From NCBI GenBank assembly GCA_040285745.1, contig JAUFOR010000002.1, positions 1,178,001 to 1,242,000 of the forward strand: DNA of 64,000 nt, in the 5' to 3' direction. The DNA comes from Barthelona sp. PCE (lineage: Eukaryota). This document shows positions 32,047-41,505 of the stretch, piece after piece. Every line of letters begins with the position of its first letter. The stretch's first letter is position 1. The position numbers and the translations under genes were made by a program. The notes beneath the pieces are model-generated. The model did not search any database, was not told the origin of the DNA, and saw nothing but the letters and a program-made list of their open reading frames with translations.

Positions 32047-32184
32047 ATTGAAACGTATTATTAACAATTTTAGTGGTTAAATTGAGGGTGATCATCAGCA
32101 AAATAGGACTTACGATAATTTAACTGTGAAAGCAACAATTTTCGCTCGTATAGAAAAAAATATCCCTTTACAAACGCTATTCTA

Positions 32185-32784
32185 ATGTTTGGAAGCTTCT
32201 TTAGCAACCCATTTGAGAACGACCCGTTTTTCAACCCTTCGTTGAGACAAAGACATGGTCAACAACAACATCAACAGCCAACTGTAATTGAAGAGTTGGA
32301 TGAAAATGGAAATGTTGTTGAAAGAACTGAGCTGCAACCCCGCCTAAGCCAAGTACAGCAACGTCGTTCACCTTTTGGGAATAGCTTTTTTTCGGGCTTT
32401 TCAGGCTTTTTTGATGATGATGTTTTTTCATCCAATTTTGACAATTTAGAAGAAGGATTTGATAACCAGGGTGCCACCACATCATATTCTTCATGTAGAA
32501 GTACTTATTCTAATGTTAATGGAGTAACTCAAAGCACCAGATCAGCATATGATTCTAATAGTGGTGTCACTGTCAGCACAGAGACACGCCAGATCGGTGA
32601 TCGTGCGGTCCATCGTAGAACTATTCGGGATAACGAGGGAAATGAGGAAAAAACTGAACGTTTTGATAACATTAATGATCACGAACGTGATCTCTTTGAT
32701 GCAGAATGGCAGAACATGTCATTTCCCGAGTGGAGAGATAGGTTTAACAATCGTCGTAATACAAACAGGCAAATTATGGAATAA
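32185..32784 (+). CDS. Myeloid leukemia factor (MLF) family protein
   Basis: DPFF, SYSS, AYDSNSG, RQIGDRA, FDAEW. Confidence 0.85.
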   Translation: MFGSFFSNPFENDPFFNPSLRQRHGQQQHQQPTVIEELDENGNVVERTELQPRLSQVQQRRSPFGNSFFSGFSGFFDDDVFSSNFDNLEEGFDNQGATTSYSSCRSTYSNVNGVTQSTRSAYDSNSGVTVSTETRQIGDRAVHRRTIRDNEGNEEKTERFDNINDHERDLFDAEWQNMSFPEWRDRFNNRRNTNRQIME

Positions 32785-32842
32785 ATTTTTTGTTTTACAT
32801 TGTTTACCTTTTTCGTAATGTTACAGCATTAAACACAAGCAT

Positions 32843-34360
32843 ATGAGTGAGATTAGTTCAGATCTAACCTCAGAAATGGATCAAATAACGGATCTTGCAA
32901 GTGATTATGATAAAATGGAATGTTTGAGTGATAACGACTCGGTTATGGCTGAAGAGGAAATGTCAGTATCTCTGGTTAACAGGATTTTGGGTGGTTTAAG
33001 TAATTTAAGCAGCATACCAGGAACAGTACAACAAATACCTGAACAATTATTGAATTTTTTTGTTCAGCGCTTTTTTCAACGTTCTTCTGCCCAAGAAACC
33101 GATTTTCAGTGTTGGATTTGTCTTCAACACACAGTGGATGAGTTTGATGAACTTGTTTCACCATGCAATTGTTGTGGAGGAACAAAATGGGTTCACAGAA
33201 ACTGTTTATTTGCATATCTATCTTCAACAAACCAGGATCCATTCTCACATCCTCCTCCCAAGTGTCCTATATGTCTTTCAGAATACGAAGGTCATCTTCC
33301 ATTTTCTTTACGACGCTCCATCCAATCATTGTGCAAAGATATTCCACTGAGCATTAATATCTTTCTTCTGTTCTTTTCGTTTGTATTATTGTTGATTCCT
33401 TGGTTATATTTTCAGTATTTAAGATCCTCTTGGCGAGTGATATGGATGTTGTTTCTGTTGATCTCTTCTTTTTTTGTTTACATGTATTCAACGTTGGGAA
33501 TCATGCGAAAACTAGCAAAGTTATGGGTGTATATTGCCTTGATAATAATATTTGGATTTATTGATGCTTTTATTGTTTATATTGCAAACACGGAAATTCA
33601 CCAACGTTCTTTTTCCACTTTCCTTAATTCACCACTATTCGATACGGTATTTGACTTTTACTCCCTATCATGTGGTGCATTTTGGCTTTCATGCGTTGAT
33701 TTAGTGTATGAGAGTTTATATAGAGCATGGAATGAAAGCGCAAATACGATTAAATATATTCGGCAGTACAGTGATTTCGACGAAGATCCATTGGCTTATG
33801 CGTTGTCTCTTCGAACAGCCCCACCATCAGTTCGGTGTTTATATATATTCGTAATATCATTTTGCTTGTGGATACCGTGCATGTTTTCCCCATTTTTCCT
33901 CCCATTATTGCAAATAGGAACAGTTTTACACGCAACAATCCTCATAATCCTCGCATGTATAAAGCATGAAGGAGACAGATCTATCGGAAAACACAGAAGT
34001 GTCAATCTTTTTTGCTTGTTGTTACACACAACTAGCTGGTTGGCGCTTATCATATGTCGTATGTTAGATATTCAAACGATAATGAGATTCAATTTAACAA
34101 TCGAAACACATCCCCCTACTCGATATTTTTTCATGTATACATGGCTTGTAAGTGTTTGCTTTTGGTTTTGTATAGTTACATTTTTACCCCAATTTTTCAG
34201 AACAGGAGGTACACGCACATTATTAATATCCCACAGTGTAGATAATTTCAGAACCCTATCTCGAGGAAATTCCCCCACACTCAGTCCTCACATCCCCACA
34301 GACCTGATTAATTATTTTAGCAGAGAGAACACACCATTTGAATTGGAACTAGATGAATAA
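32843..34360 (+). CDS. Membrane RING-CH (MARCH-type) E3 ligase
   Basis: CWIC...SPCNCCGGTKWVHRNCL...CPIC followed by multiple TM helices. Confidence 0.88.
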   Translation: MSEISSDLTSEMDQITDLASDYDKMECLSDNDSVMAEEEMSVSLVNRILGGLSNLSSIPGTVQQIPEQLLNFFVQRFFQRSSAQETDFQCWICLQHTVDEFDELVSPCNCCGGTKWVHRNCLFAYLSSTNQDPFSHPPPKCPICLSEYEGHLPFSLRRSIQSLCKDIPLSINIFLLFFSFVLLLIPWLYFQYLRSSWRVIWMLFLLISSFFVYMYSTLGIMRKLAKLWVYIALIIIFGFIDAFIVYIANTEIHQRSFSTFLNSPLFDTVFDFYSLSCGAFWLSCVDLVYESLYRAWNESANTIKYIRQYSDFDEDPLAYALSLRTAPPSVRCLYIFVISFCLWIPCMFSPFFLPLLQIGTVLHATILIILACIKHEGDRSIGKHRSVNLFCLLLHTTSWLALIICRMLDIQTIMRFNLTIETHPPTRYFFMYTWLVSVCFWFCIVTFLPQFFRTGGTRTLLISHSVDNFRTLSRGNSPTLSPHIPTDLINYFSRENTPFELELDE

Positions 34361-34418
34361 AAACTAATATTAATCAGGTATTTTACATACATTAAGGTGA
34401 CAAATCATTTTAATCATT

Positions 34419-36644
34419 TTAATTAGTTGTAGTCTTTGAAGGTTTCAAAAGAATAGCACTAGTCTTCTCAGCGAAAGCAAAGACCTCTTCCATTTGTCCA
34501 ATTTGCTTCTTTAGCAGTAACTCTTCTTGAGAATTGCTGCCTTCCTCACCCTCTTCAGGTTCTTTCTCGAGGTTCTCTGCATCTTCGAAATCAAGCGGTA
34601 CTTGATACTCCTTCTTTGCACCACCAGCAGAAGAATCAGTGTTGGGCTGAATACGAAGGTTGGGTGAAAGTTTGAATGAACGGATCCAACCATGATCATC
34701 ACCAACAATGATGATATTACCAGAAGAGTTGAAAGCAATCTTTGTGAGTTGACCCTTCTCAATAACTTGCTGTGCACACAGAGGACTGTGAAGATCCTTA
34801 GAAAGATCAAAAACGTAAACTTTACCCATCGATGTACAACAAGCAAAGATAGTAGAGTTAATAGGGGACCATGCAATATCATTAACAGCTGAACCAAGGT
34901 CAAATTCTAACAGTGACTGCATGGTAGTGTGATCAAAGAGCTTAACGATCCAATCAGAACCGCATGTGAGAACTGCCTTGGGATGGAACGGATTGAAAGC
35001 AATAGAATACATTGAGATAAGGTGAGCACGTACACTGGATAGATAATTGTTGGAGTAAGAGAGGGAGCACTTAAATAGATGACCTTCCTCAGATCCAACG
35101 AGGAATAACTGCTGGTTCCTGGGATCGAAAGCCATACATGACAATGATGCAGGAAGTGACCTATCGACGGGGTTGAAACTCTCCTCAGTTGTGTTGGTGG
35201 TTGACACGGAAGGACCAAGCTGGGGAAGTCGACAAAGAAGTTGGGGTTTGAGCTCATCACCCAACTGCCACTCCATGATTTGACCATCTGATGACAGGGA
35301 AACAAAAGAAAGAGAGCGAGAAACAGCGACGCGACGCCACTGGATGTTCCAGACAGGCTCAGTATGCTTACCTGTCAAGGCACTTGATTTTGCGACAAGT
35401 TTACCAGACACACAGTCATAAACGGCAACGGAACCATCGTACATACCAGCGCAGAGGAGTGAAGGGCGCTTGGGGTGGAAATCCAAGCACAAAACACCAG
35501 AAGTAGCGTTTATCATTAGATGAGGATGTTGAGGATTCTTGAGAGAGAACAGACAGATCATACCCCATCCTTGACGCATAAAGTCGTACGAACCGAATGA
35601 AGCAGCAAACATATCAGTATATCTCGGATTCCAGACAATGGATGTGATACAGCGCATCGACTTCTTCAATTTCATAGAACGGAGTGGTGAGAAACGCCAC
35701 AAAGGAAGCAATGAACCTTGGTTGGCATCGAATTGATCAGCTGCGTGATCATAGAACACATAATCATGAGAAATTTCAGCGTAACAGTTTTGCAAAACCA
35801 TGCGCTCAAGAATGCGGGCAGCACGCTTCATTGATTGACTCTCCAATGTTCCCTTTTCGGTATCCTCATCTTCTTCATCTTCATTCTTCATAGGTTGATT
35901 TTTATGAAGATCCTGGGTATATTCATCAAAAATACTCCACTGAGTAGCATGACCAACAAATAAACTCTTCTTGGGAACCTCAGTTTCGGTTCCCACAGAC
36001 TTCTTAGGGTGCCAGTAGCTGAGCGTCTGTGTACCACGTTCAATAAAGTTAAAACTGTTAACATCCAAACCGTGCTTCTGATCACTGTTCAAAAAAGCTT
36101 GTTGTTGCTTTGCTTCTTCGGAATTCAAAGAAACATAGTTGGCATGCTGTGTGAAGTGCACAGCAACATGACTTACGGATGCATCGATTCTAAATTCATT
36201 AATCGGTTTTCCTTCAGGTCCAGAACTACGCACAAAACGGGTAAGATTATCTGGTGCGTTGGGGTTGTTCGCTGTAAGAACTCTCTGATGGGATACCAAA
36301 AGCTCATCCTCAGAGATTTTGAGTTGATTAGGTGGTTTGATGAATTCCTAAAAGTTAGAATAATGTAATAAGGTGGGGAGCCTCTTCTATTCACAAACGG
36401 TCAACATAGATCTTTACCTGATGGTATCTCAATGTTGTGAGTGTAAACGTTGTGGCAGACGTGAATGTGCTTTTTTTAAACAAACACGTCTTTTGGGGAC
36501 ACATACAATGCGCTCGTCGCGATTGAAGCGGCTCAAATGGCTGCCAATCTGACTCTGGTTCTTCTTCAAACGTGTCGACTTCACTGCTGAAGCGCCAGGT
36601 TTCGGTTGCTTGGCAGGTGTCTTCTTAGGTGTCCTTGTACTCAT
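34419..36644 (-). CDS. DNAI1: Axonemal outer-arm dynein intermediate chain (DNAI1/IC78-like); exons 36507-36644 and 34419-36347
   Basis: Spliced product reads ...RDERI-EFIKPPNQLKISEDELLVSHQRVLTANNPNAP; also FNFIERGTQT, ILERMVLQN, LLPLWRF and WD repeats. Confidence 0.92.
36348..36506 (-). other. 159-nt phase-0 spliceosomal intron
   Basis: GTATGT 5' splice site and TTCTAACTTTTAG branch/3' splice site. Removal joins a 46-codon exon in frame to the dynein IC ORF and restores the conserved KPPxQL motif. Confidence 0.9.
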
Positions 36645-37135
36645 TTTTCTTTATGAATAGAAACAAAACTGAGATAGAGAAGGAATATATAAGTGAAAAC
36701 GAATTTGGTGTTTTGTTTGGAAGTATTCATTCGTTACAAGGGGATTAAATATATAAATATTTGCATCTAAACCCACTAGATAGTCTGGAAATACTTTTTT
36801 GATAGGTTTTTTTTTTGTTGGTTTGTATGGCGTTATTTGGTACTTTAAAGCACATTCCACAGTATAAACTTCATCTAATACCACAATTTACCGGTAAGAG
36901 TTCCACTATCATTCGTATATTCGGAACTATTCGGTCTACTTCAGAAAAGCAAATATTCGAGGATTTATAAAGTAAATAGAACTTTAACATTTATTTGGAC
37001 CATTTTTTCCTCTAAAAACTTTGAAAATTTGAACAGCTCGACTTCTAAATTCTTCACCCATTTATTCGCTGAAGATCGTTCAGAGTTGATTTTTACTCGC
37101 TTTACACACAAATTTAGAAAAACTTTACCTAATAT

Positions 37136-37756
37136 ATGAAAAATTGCAGAATTATATTTGTACTTATCTTTTTCTTGGGTTTCAGCATAGCATTTGACTG
37201 TTCAATCACAGAAGATGGGTCATTTCCCGCGTACGGCCAGTGTCCTGGTCCTACAGCACGTGCACGCCTTAGAGCAAGTAATCTTGATGTTTCAAATGGT
37301 GGATGTCCTGCAACCACAGTTATGTATTATCCAGAGGATGACATGTCGCTCCCATCCAAATGCGGTGAGTGTATACCAGGGAAAACATTTGTTGATGATT
37401 CGACAGCGTTGTGTGCTGTCGATGAGTTTTGTAGCGATGAAGGAAAATGTGTTAAAATGAAACAAAGCGTGTTCCATGGCAAGTACTGCCCATATGAGGC
37501 TGGAGGTGCAACAAAGAACGGTATTTGCGGTCCTGGATTGAGATGTATTCAACATATGTGTTTACCTTGTAGATCAGGGGAGAAACGGTCAAATGGGTTG
37601 GCATGCGTGGCAAATTCATGGACGCTGGATCCTTATACATCATATTTAGTTTCACCACCTGGTATGGTAGCTGTTTGTAACGCTGTTTTGCTTTTAGTTT
37701 TTTTATTTATTCTTGTTGGCATCAAACGGGAGAACAAGAAATTAAAAAATGATTAA
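37136..37756 (+). CDS. Small cysteine-rich single-pass surface protein
   Basis: Signal peptide, Cys-rich ectodomain (CGEC, CLPC), C-terminal TM and basic tail. Confidence 0.75.
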   Translation: MKNCRIIFVLIFFLGFSIAFDCSITEDGSFPAYGQCPGPTARARLRASNLDVSNGGCPATTVMYYPEDDMSLPSKCGECIPGKTFVDDSTALCAVDEFCSDEGKCVKMKQSVFHGKYCPYEAGGATKNGICGPGLRCIQHMCLPCRSGEKRSNGLACVANSWTLDPYTSYLVSPPGMVAVCNAVLLLVFLFILVGIKRENKKLKND

Positions 37757-38058
37757 TGTACATAAATTTGAGTAAATGATAATTTAATTTTTTTTTCTCT
37801 GTTATTTTACAATATTACCTAATTTCCTCAGCTTTAGGAGTGTTATATGATGAATTACCCACGATATCGGCTACCTTTTTCTATATAATAATTGTATTTG
37901 ATTGTTACTTTCTTTCTCATGTTCTAATTCTTTAATTTTTCTATTACCGTTTCTGTCAGGTATTTCACAAAGGTTATATCAGTTTTTCGCACAGATAGTA
38001 CTTTTCTAATTGTGCAGTAGTGATTTAAAATTTTTTAACCTTTTTATTGTTTATTTTC

Positions 38059-41000
38059 ATGGGCGAAGACATTGATACTGGGGAGTACGACTATAATGAG
38101 GACGAAGAAAGCTTCCAAAATGAAGACACAAGTTATTATGACGAAAATGGTAATTTAGTAGTAGAAAATGGATACTACGATGAATCCGGAAACTATATAG
38201 AGCGTGAAGGGGAATGTGACGATGAAAGCGGCGAGTATGATCCAGAAAATGAAGAGTACGCCGAAGGTGGTGTTGATGACTTTGAAGAAGGTTGTGGAGA
38301 GTATTTAGAGAACAATGATGACGATTGTGATTATATTGATGGCTCAGGTGAAGAAGTTGATGGTGAAGAGGGTTACTACGGTGAAGAAGGAAATTTTGTT
38401 GAGTATGAGGGTAACAATGAGGATGAGGGTTACTATGATGAGGAAGGAAACTTCGTAGAGTATGAGGACGATGCAAATTATGAAAATGAGGGTTATGACA
38501 GTGATTTAGGTTTTTTTTGTGATTCTGAAGTTGATGGTGAAGAATATTGTGAGGATGACCCCGAAATTGTGTATAATGAAGTGCTTCAGCTGATTGGAGA
38601 TGAATTATTTGAGATGTTAGCCGCACCAGATGAATATAATGACGTTACAAAAAATATATCTAGTAGAAAGGAGGATGTGCTTAAATCACAAAAGGGACTT
38701 GAAACTATTAAATCTAATGTAACTAAGATGAAAAAGTTGTTGAAATCTGCTAAGAAAAGAAATGTGAAGCGTGAATTATATCAACAATATTTAATTTCTC
38801 CTGAAGCATATTGTAAGAATATTGATGTTATTGATGGCAATAACAAACGTGCAACGGCAGTGATCAATTGTGTTGCAAAGGCTGTTGATGTTGATAGTTT
38901 AGCAGAAAAGTCAATGGAAGTTATCTCGGTTGATGATTTTGAATCTTTTGATTTATGGTATGAAAAAGCATTTGAACATTTGAAGGTGCTTCTTGCTTCT
39001 CAAAGGAAGCAGCTTAAGTTAGCAAACACGTTTACAGCGAAGTCATTGAACGATGTTACTGGTTATATACAATCATCACAAAAGATCAACGAATATGTTG
39101 AGTATCATTGCAAGTATTCAGCCAACACAGAAGTAGATGAACAAGCGGAAATAGAACGTGTTCTGAAGGATGAACAGGAACGTGCTGTGAAGGAAGCTGA
39201 GGCTGAACGCAGGAAACAAGAGCTGAAGATGCAGGCAATTATTTTTCGTGAGGAGGAGAAAGCTAGAATTCAAGCAGAAGAAGATATGATGCGTGTCCAA
39301 GCTCAGCTTGATGAGGAAAATGAGAAGCAAAGAGAAAAAATGAGACAAGAGCTTGAAGAAGAACGTCAACGTATTATTGATGAGCAGAAACAAGAAGAAG
39401 AAGAGAGTAATGAAGCCTTTGAGAGAGAAAAAGAGCGGTTAAGGCAGCTAGAGGAGAAGAAGAGGATCATGTTTGCGCGCCAGGAGGAATTTAGGCGCCA
39501 GGAAGAAGTCAAAGCTGCTGCAAGATTTGAAGAGGAGCGTAAACAGAGGGAATTAAAGGCAAAACAGGAACAAGAAGAGTTTGAGAGACGTCAAGCTGAG
39601 CTTTTAACCAAGAGAGGTCGTAAGAAGGCAGCTTTAGAGGCTTTCTTAAAGGAGATGCTTGAAAAATTGCTTGAAGCCGGTTTATCTGAAAAGGATGCCC
39701 ATAATCACCTTGGTTGTTACAGCATTCATAACTTTAACCGTGAAGAAATCCTGAGAAATGTAGAAAAAAGAATTGAGAAAATTGAGCAAGAAGAGCAAGA
39801 CCGTTGGGATGATTATCAACAAGATAGCAGCGTATTGAGGCGTATAGACGAAACAGATGCTGTGCCGTGTATCATTCCCAATCGTGATGATTGTTGCACA
39901 GATGTAAGAACAGTGCACAAGTCTGGGTTATTTACACAATCTGTAATGAGCAAGCAACAGATGGCTGATGGTCTGTCATACACACCCTCATTCGAGCGCA
40001 TGTCAGAGGGGGTTTTTGCAAATGTTCCGCTGTTCAATGGAGCACCTTCTATTGTTGATGTTAAACAGACATCGTATTCTGGGAATTGTTTCCTCATAGC
40101 AGGCCTTATCGGTATTGCAGACAGGTATCCCCAGATGATAGTTGACATTTTTGAAGAGGTTGATGAGCCAAACGGTTATTACCGAATTAAGATGTTTGAT
40201 TTAGCTGGTATTCCAATTGTATTAGAATTAGATGATTACTACGCGATACATCCCGAGGGAGGTTCAATCATGAATGATAAAACTGTTGCACGATGGCCTG
40301 AGCTGCTGATGAAGGCGTATTCAGTAATGTTGGGAGGATTTGCTAAGGTTGTTAATGGAGGATCGGTTGGAGACGTTTTTACTGCATTTACAGGAGCAGT
40401 TGGTGATTTCTTTATGTACAGTGATCGATTTTCAGGAAAAAAAAATGCTGAATTATTTAGAATCACGAAAAGATACATGGAAAATGGTGCATTATTAGCA
40501 TCATGTTCAACAGATACGGCACATTTGACTGAAAGTGATGGTTTCGTTCGTGATCACGCATATTCTATTTTAGATATGCAAGTAGTCGATCGTAAAGCAC
40601 TCGTAAAAGTTGCTAATCCCTGGATAACGGGTGGTGAGCTGGATGATTCTGCCAACAAGTACGCAGATGAAAATCTGTCAGCTGACATTCTTCATGCATT
40701 TAATCATACAGCTAATGATCAAGATGGAATGTTTTTAATGAATTTTGATGCCTTCAGGCAGAATCTAGGTTGTATATTTGTGAATCATATTTTGGGAGAT
40801 GGACGTTTTAATGCTACTGTGAAGGATAAATGGGATGAAGAAAATAATGGTGCATTTGATGACTACTTGAAGGTGCCCTATTATGAATTGAAACCAAGAA
40901 AGAAAACTAAGGTTTCAGTTCTCGTTCGGGCAACTAATGAAAGTGAGAATTTAGAGACTGTATCAGTGGTAGTACATGTGTATGATCGTAAGGAAGAATT

Positions 41001-41211
41001 TAAGGCACCATACGATTTCAGTGATCACCAGTTGGATTACAAAGCCTTTTCCAGTGAAGAGAATGGACATTTTTGCCAATTTGAATTCACCGCAGATCCA
41101 AGTCGGAAAAAGTATTTAATTGTTCCAACATCATACGAAAGTGATGTGACCGCGGATTTAACAATCACATTCAGTGCAGACGAAGACTTTACGGTTTATA
41201 AGTGCAAATAA
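38059..41211 (+). CDS. Calpain-like cysteine protease with acidic Tyr repeats and a coiled coil
   Basis: Catalytic motifs KQ...GNCFL, DHAYSIL, VANPW; LDDY, WPELLMKAY; domain III-like YLIVPTSYE. Confidence 0.9.
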   Translation: MGEDIDTGEYDYNEDEESFQNEDTSYYDENGNLVVENGYYDESGNYIEREGECDDESGEYDPENEEYAEGGVDDFEEGCGEYLENNDDDCDYIDGSGEEVDGEEGYYGEEGNFVEYEGNNEDEGYYDEEGNFVEYEDDANYENEGYDSDLGFFCDSEVDGEEYCEDDPEIVYNEVLQLIGDELFEMLAAPDEYNDVTKNISSRKEDVLKSQKGLETIKSNVTKMKKLLKSAKKRNVKRELYQQYLISPEAYCKNIDVIDGNNKRATAVINCVAKAVDVDSLAEKSMEVISVDDFESFDLWYEKAFEHLKVLLASQRKQLKLANTFTAKSLNDVTGYIQSSQKINEYVEYHCKYSANTEVDEQAEIERVLKDEQERAVKEAEAERRKQELKMQAIIFREEEKARIQAEEDMMRVQAQLDEENEKQREKMRQELEEERQRIIDEQKQEEEESNEAFEREKERLRQLEEKKRIMFARQEEFRRQEEVKAAARFEEERKQRELKAKQEQEEFERRQAELLTKRGRKKAALEAFLKEMLEKLLEAGLSEKDAHNHLGCYSIHNFNREEILRNVEKRIEKIEQEEQDRWDDYQQDSSVLRRIDETDAVPCIIPNRDDCCTDVRTVHKSGLFTQSVMSKQQMADGLSYTPSFERMSEGVFANVPLFNGAPSIVDVKQTSYSGNCFLIAGLIGIADRYPQMIVDIFEEVDEPNGYYRIKMFDLAGIPIVLELDDYYAIHPEGGSIMNDKTVARWPELLMKAYSVMLGGFAKVVNGGSVGDVFTAFTGAVGDFFMYSDRFSGKKNAELFRITKRYMENGALLASCSTDTAHLTESDGFVRDHAYSILDMQVVDRKALVKVANPWITGGELDDSANKYADENLSADILHAFNHTANDQDGMFLMNFDAFRQNLGCIFVNHILGDGRFNATVKDKWDEENNGAFDDYLKVPYYELKPRKKTKVSVLVRATNESENLETVSVVVHVYDRKEEFKAPYDFSDHQLDYKAFSSEENGHFCQFEFTADPSRKKYLIVPTSYESDVTADLTITFSADEDFTVYKCK
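38130..38470 (+). repeat. Coding repeats (G)YY(D/G)ExGN in the calpain N-terminus
   Basis: YYDENGN, GYYDESGN, GYYGEEGNFVEYE, GYYDEEGNFVEYE; the last two are near-identical at DNA level with a 57-nt period. Confidence 0.8.
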
Positions 41212-41505
41212 GTTTGCGAAACGCCCTGATCAGGAAGATCCTGCAATTGATTTTGAGCGAAGAATGGAATAGAACGTATGCGGGTGTATTTTGATTTCTC
41301 ACCATTTACAGTTTCCTATTTATTTTATTGTATTATTAGCAATTGAAATACTACTATTTTTCAGATATGGACTTCCAAACTCTGAAGAAGGTAGCCCGTA
41401 TGCGGCACCATATCCGATCTGAGATCTCTGTAAAGCATATTTTTACATTCCTTTTAACTACCCGTTAGGATGAGACTCTGGAATAAAATCAAATTACATT
41501 AACAT

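Noticed and set aside
36412-36431. U1-like words (GAGATACCAT, TTACCTG) in the intron
   Set aside because: They are on opposite strands, with no U1 cloverleaf or Sm site. Matches this short are expected by chance.
36651-36884. 77-aa minus-strand ORF upstream of DNAI1
   Set aside because: GTG start and AT-rich promoter-like composition; no recognisable homology.
41380-41420. CTGAAGA as a hammerhead ribozyme core
   Set aside because: No GAAA after stem II and no correct three-stem topology.
41415-41440. ACAGAGA on the minus strand as U6 snRNA
   Set aside because: No AGC triad or internal stem-loop at the required spacing.
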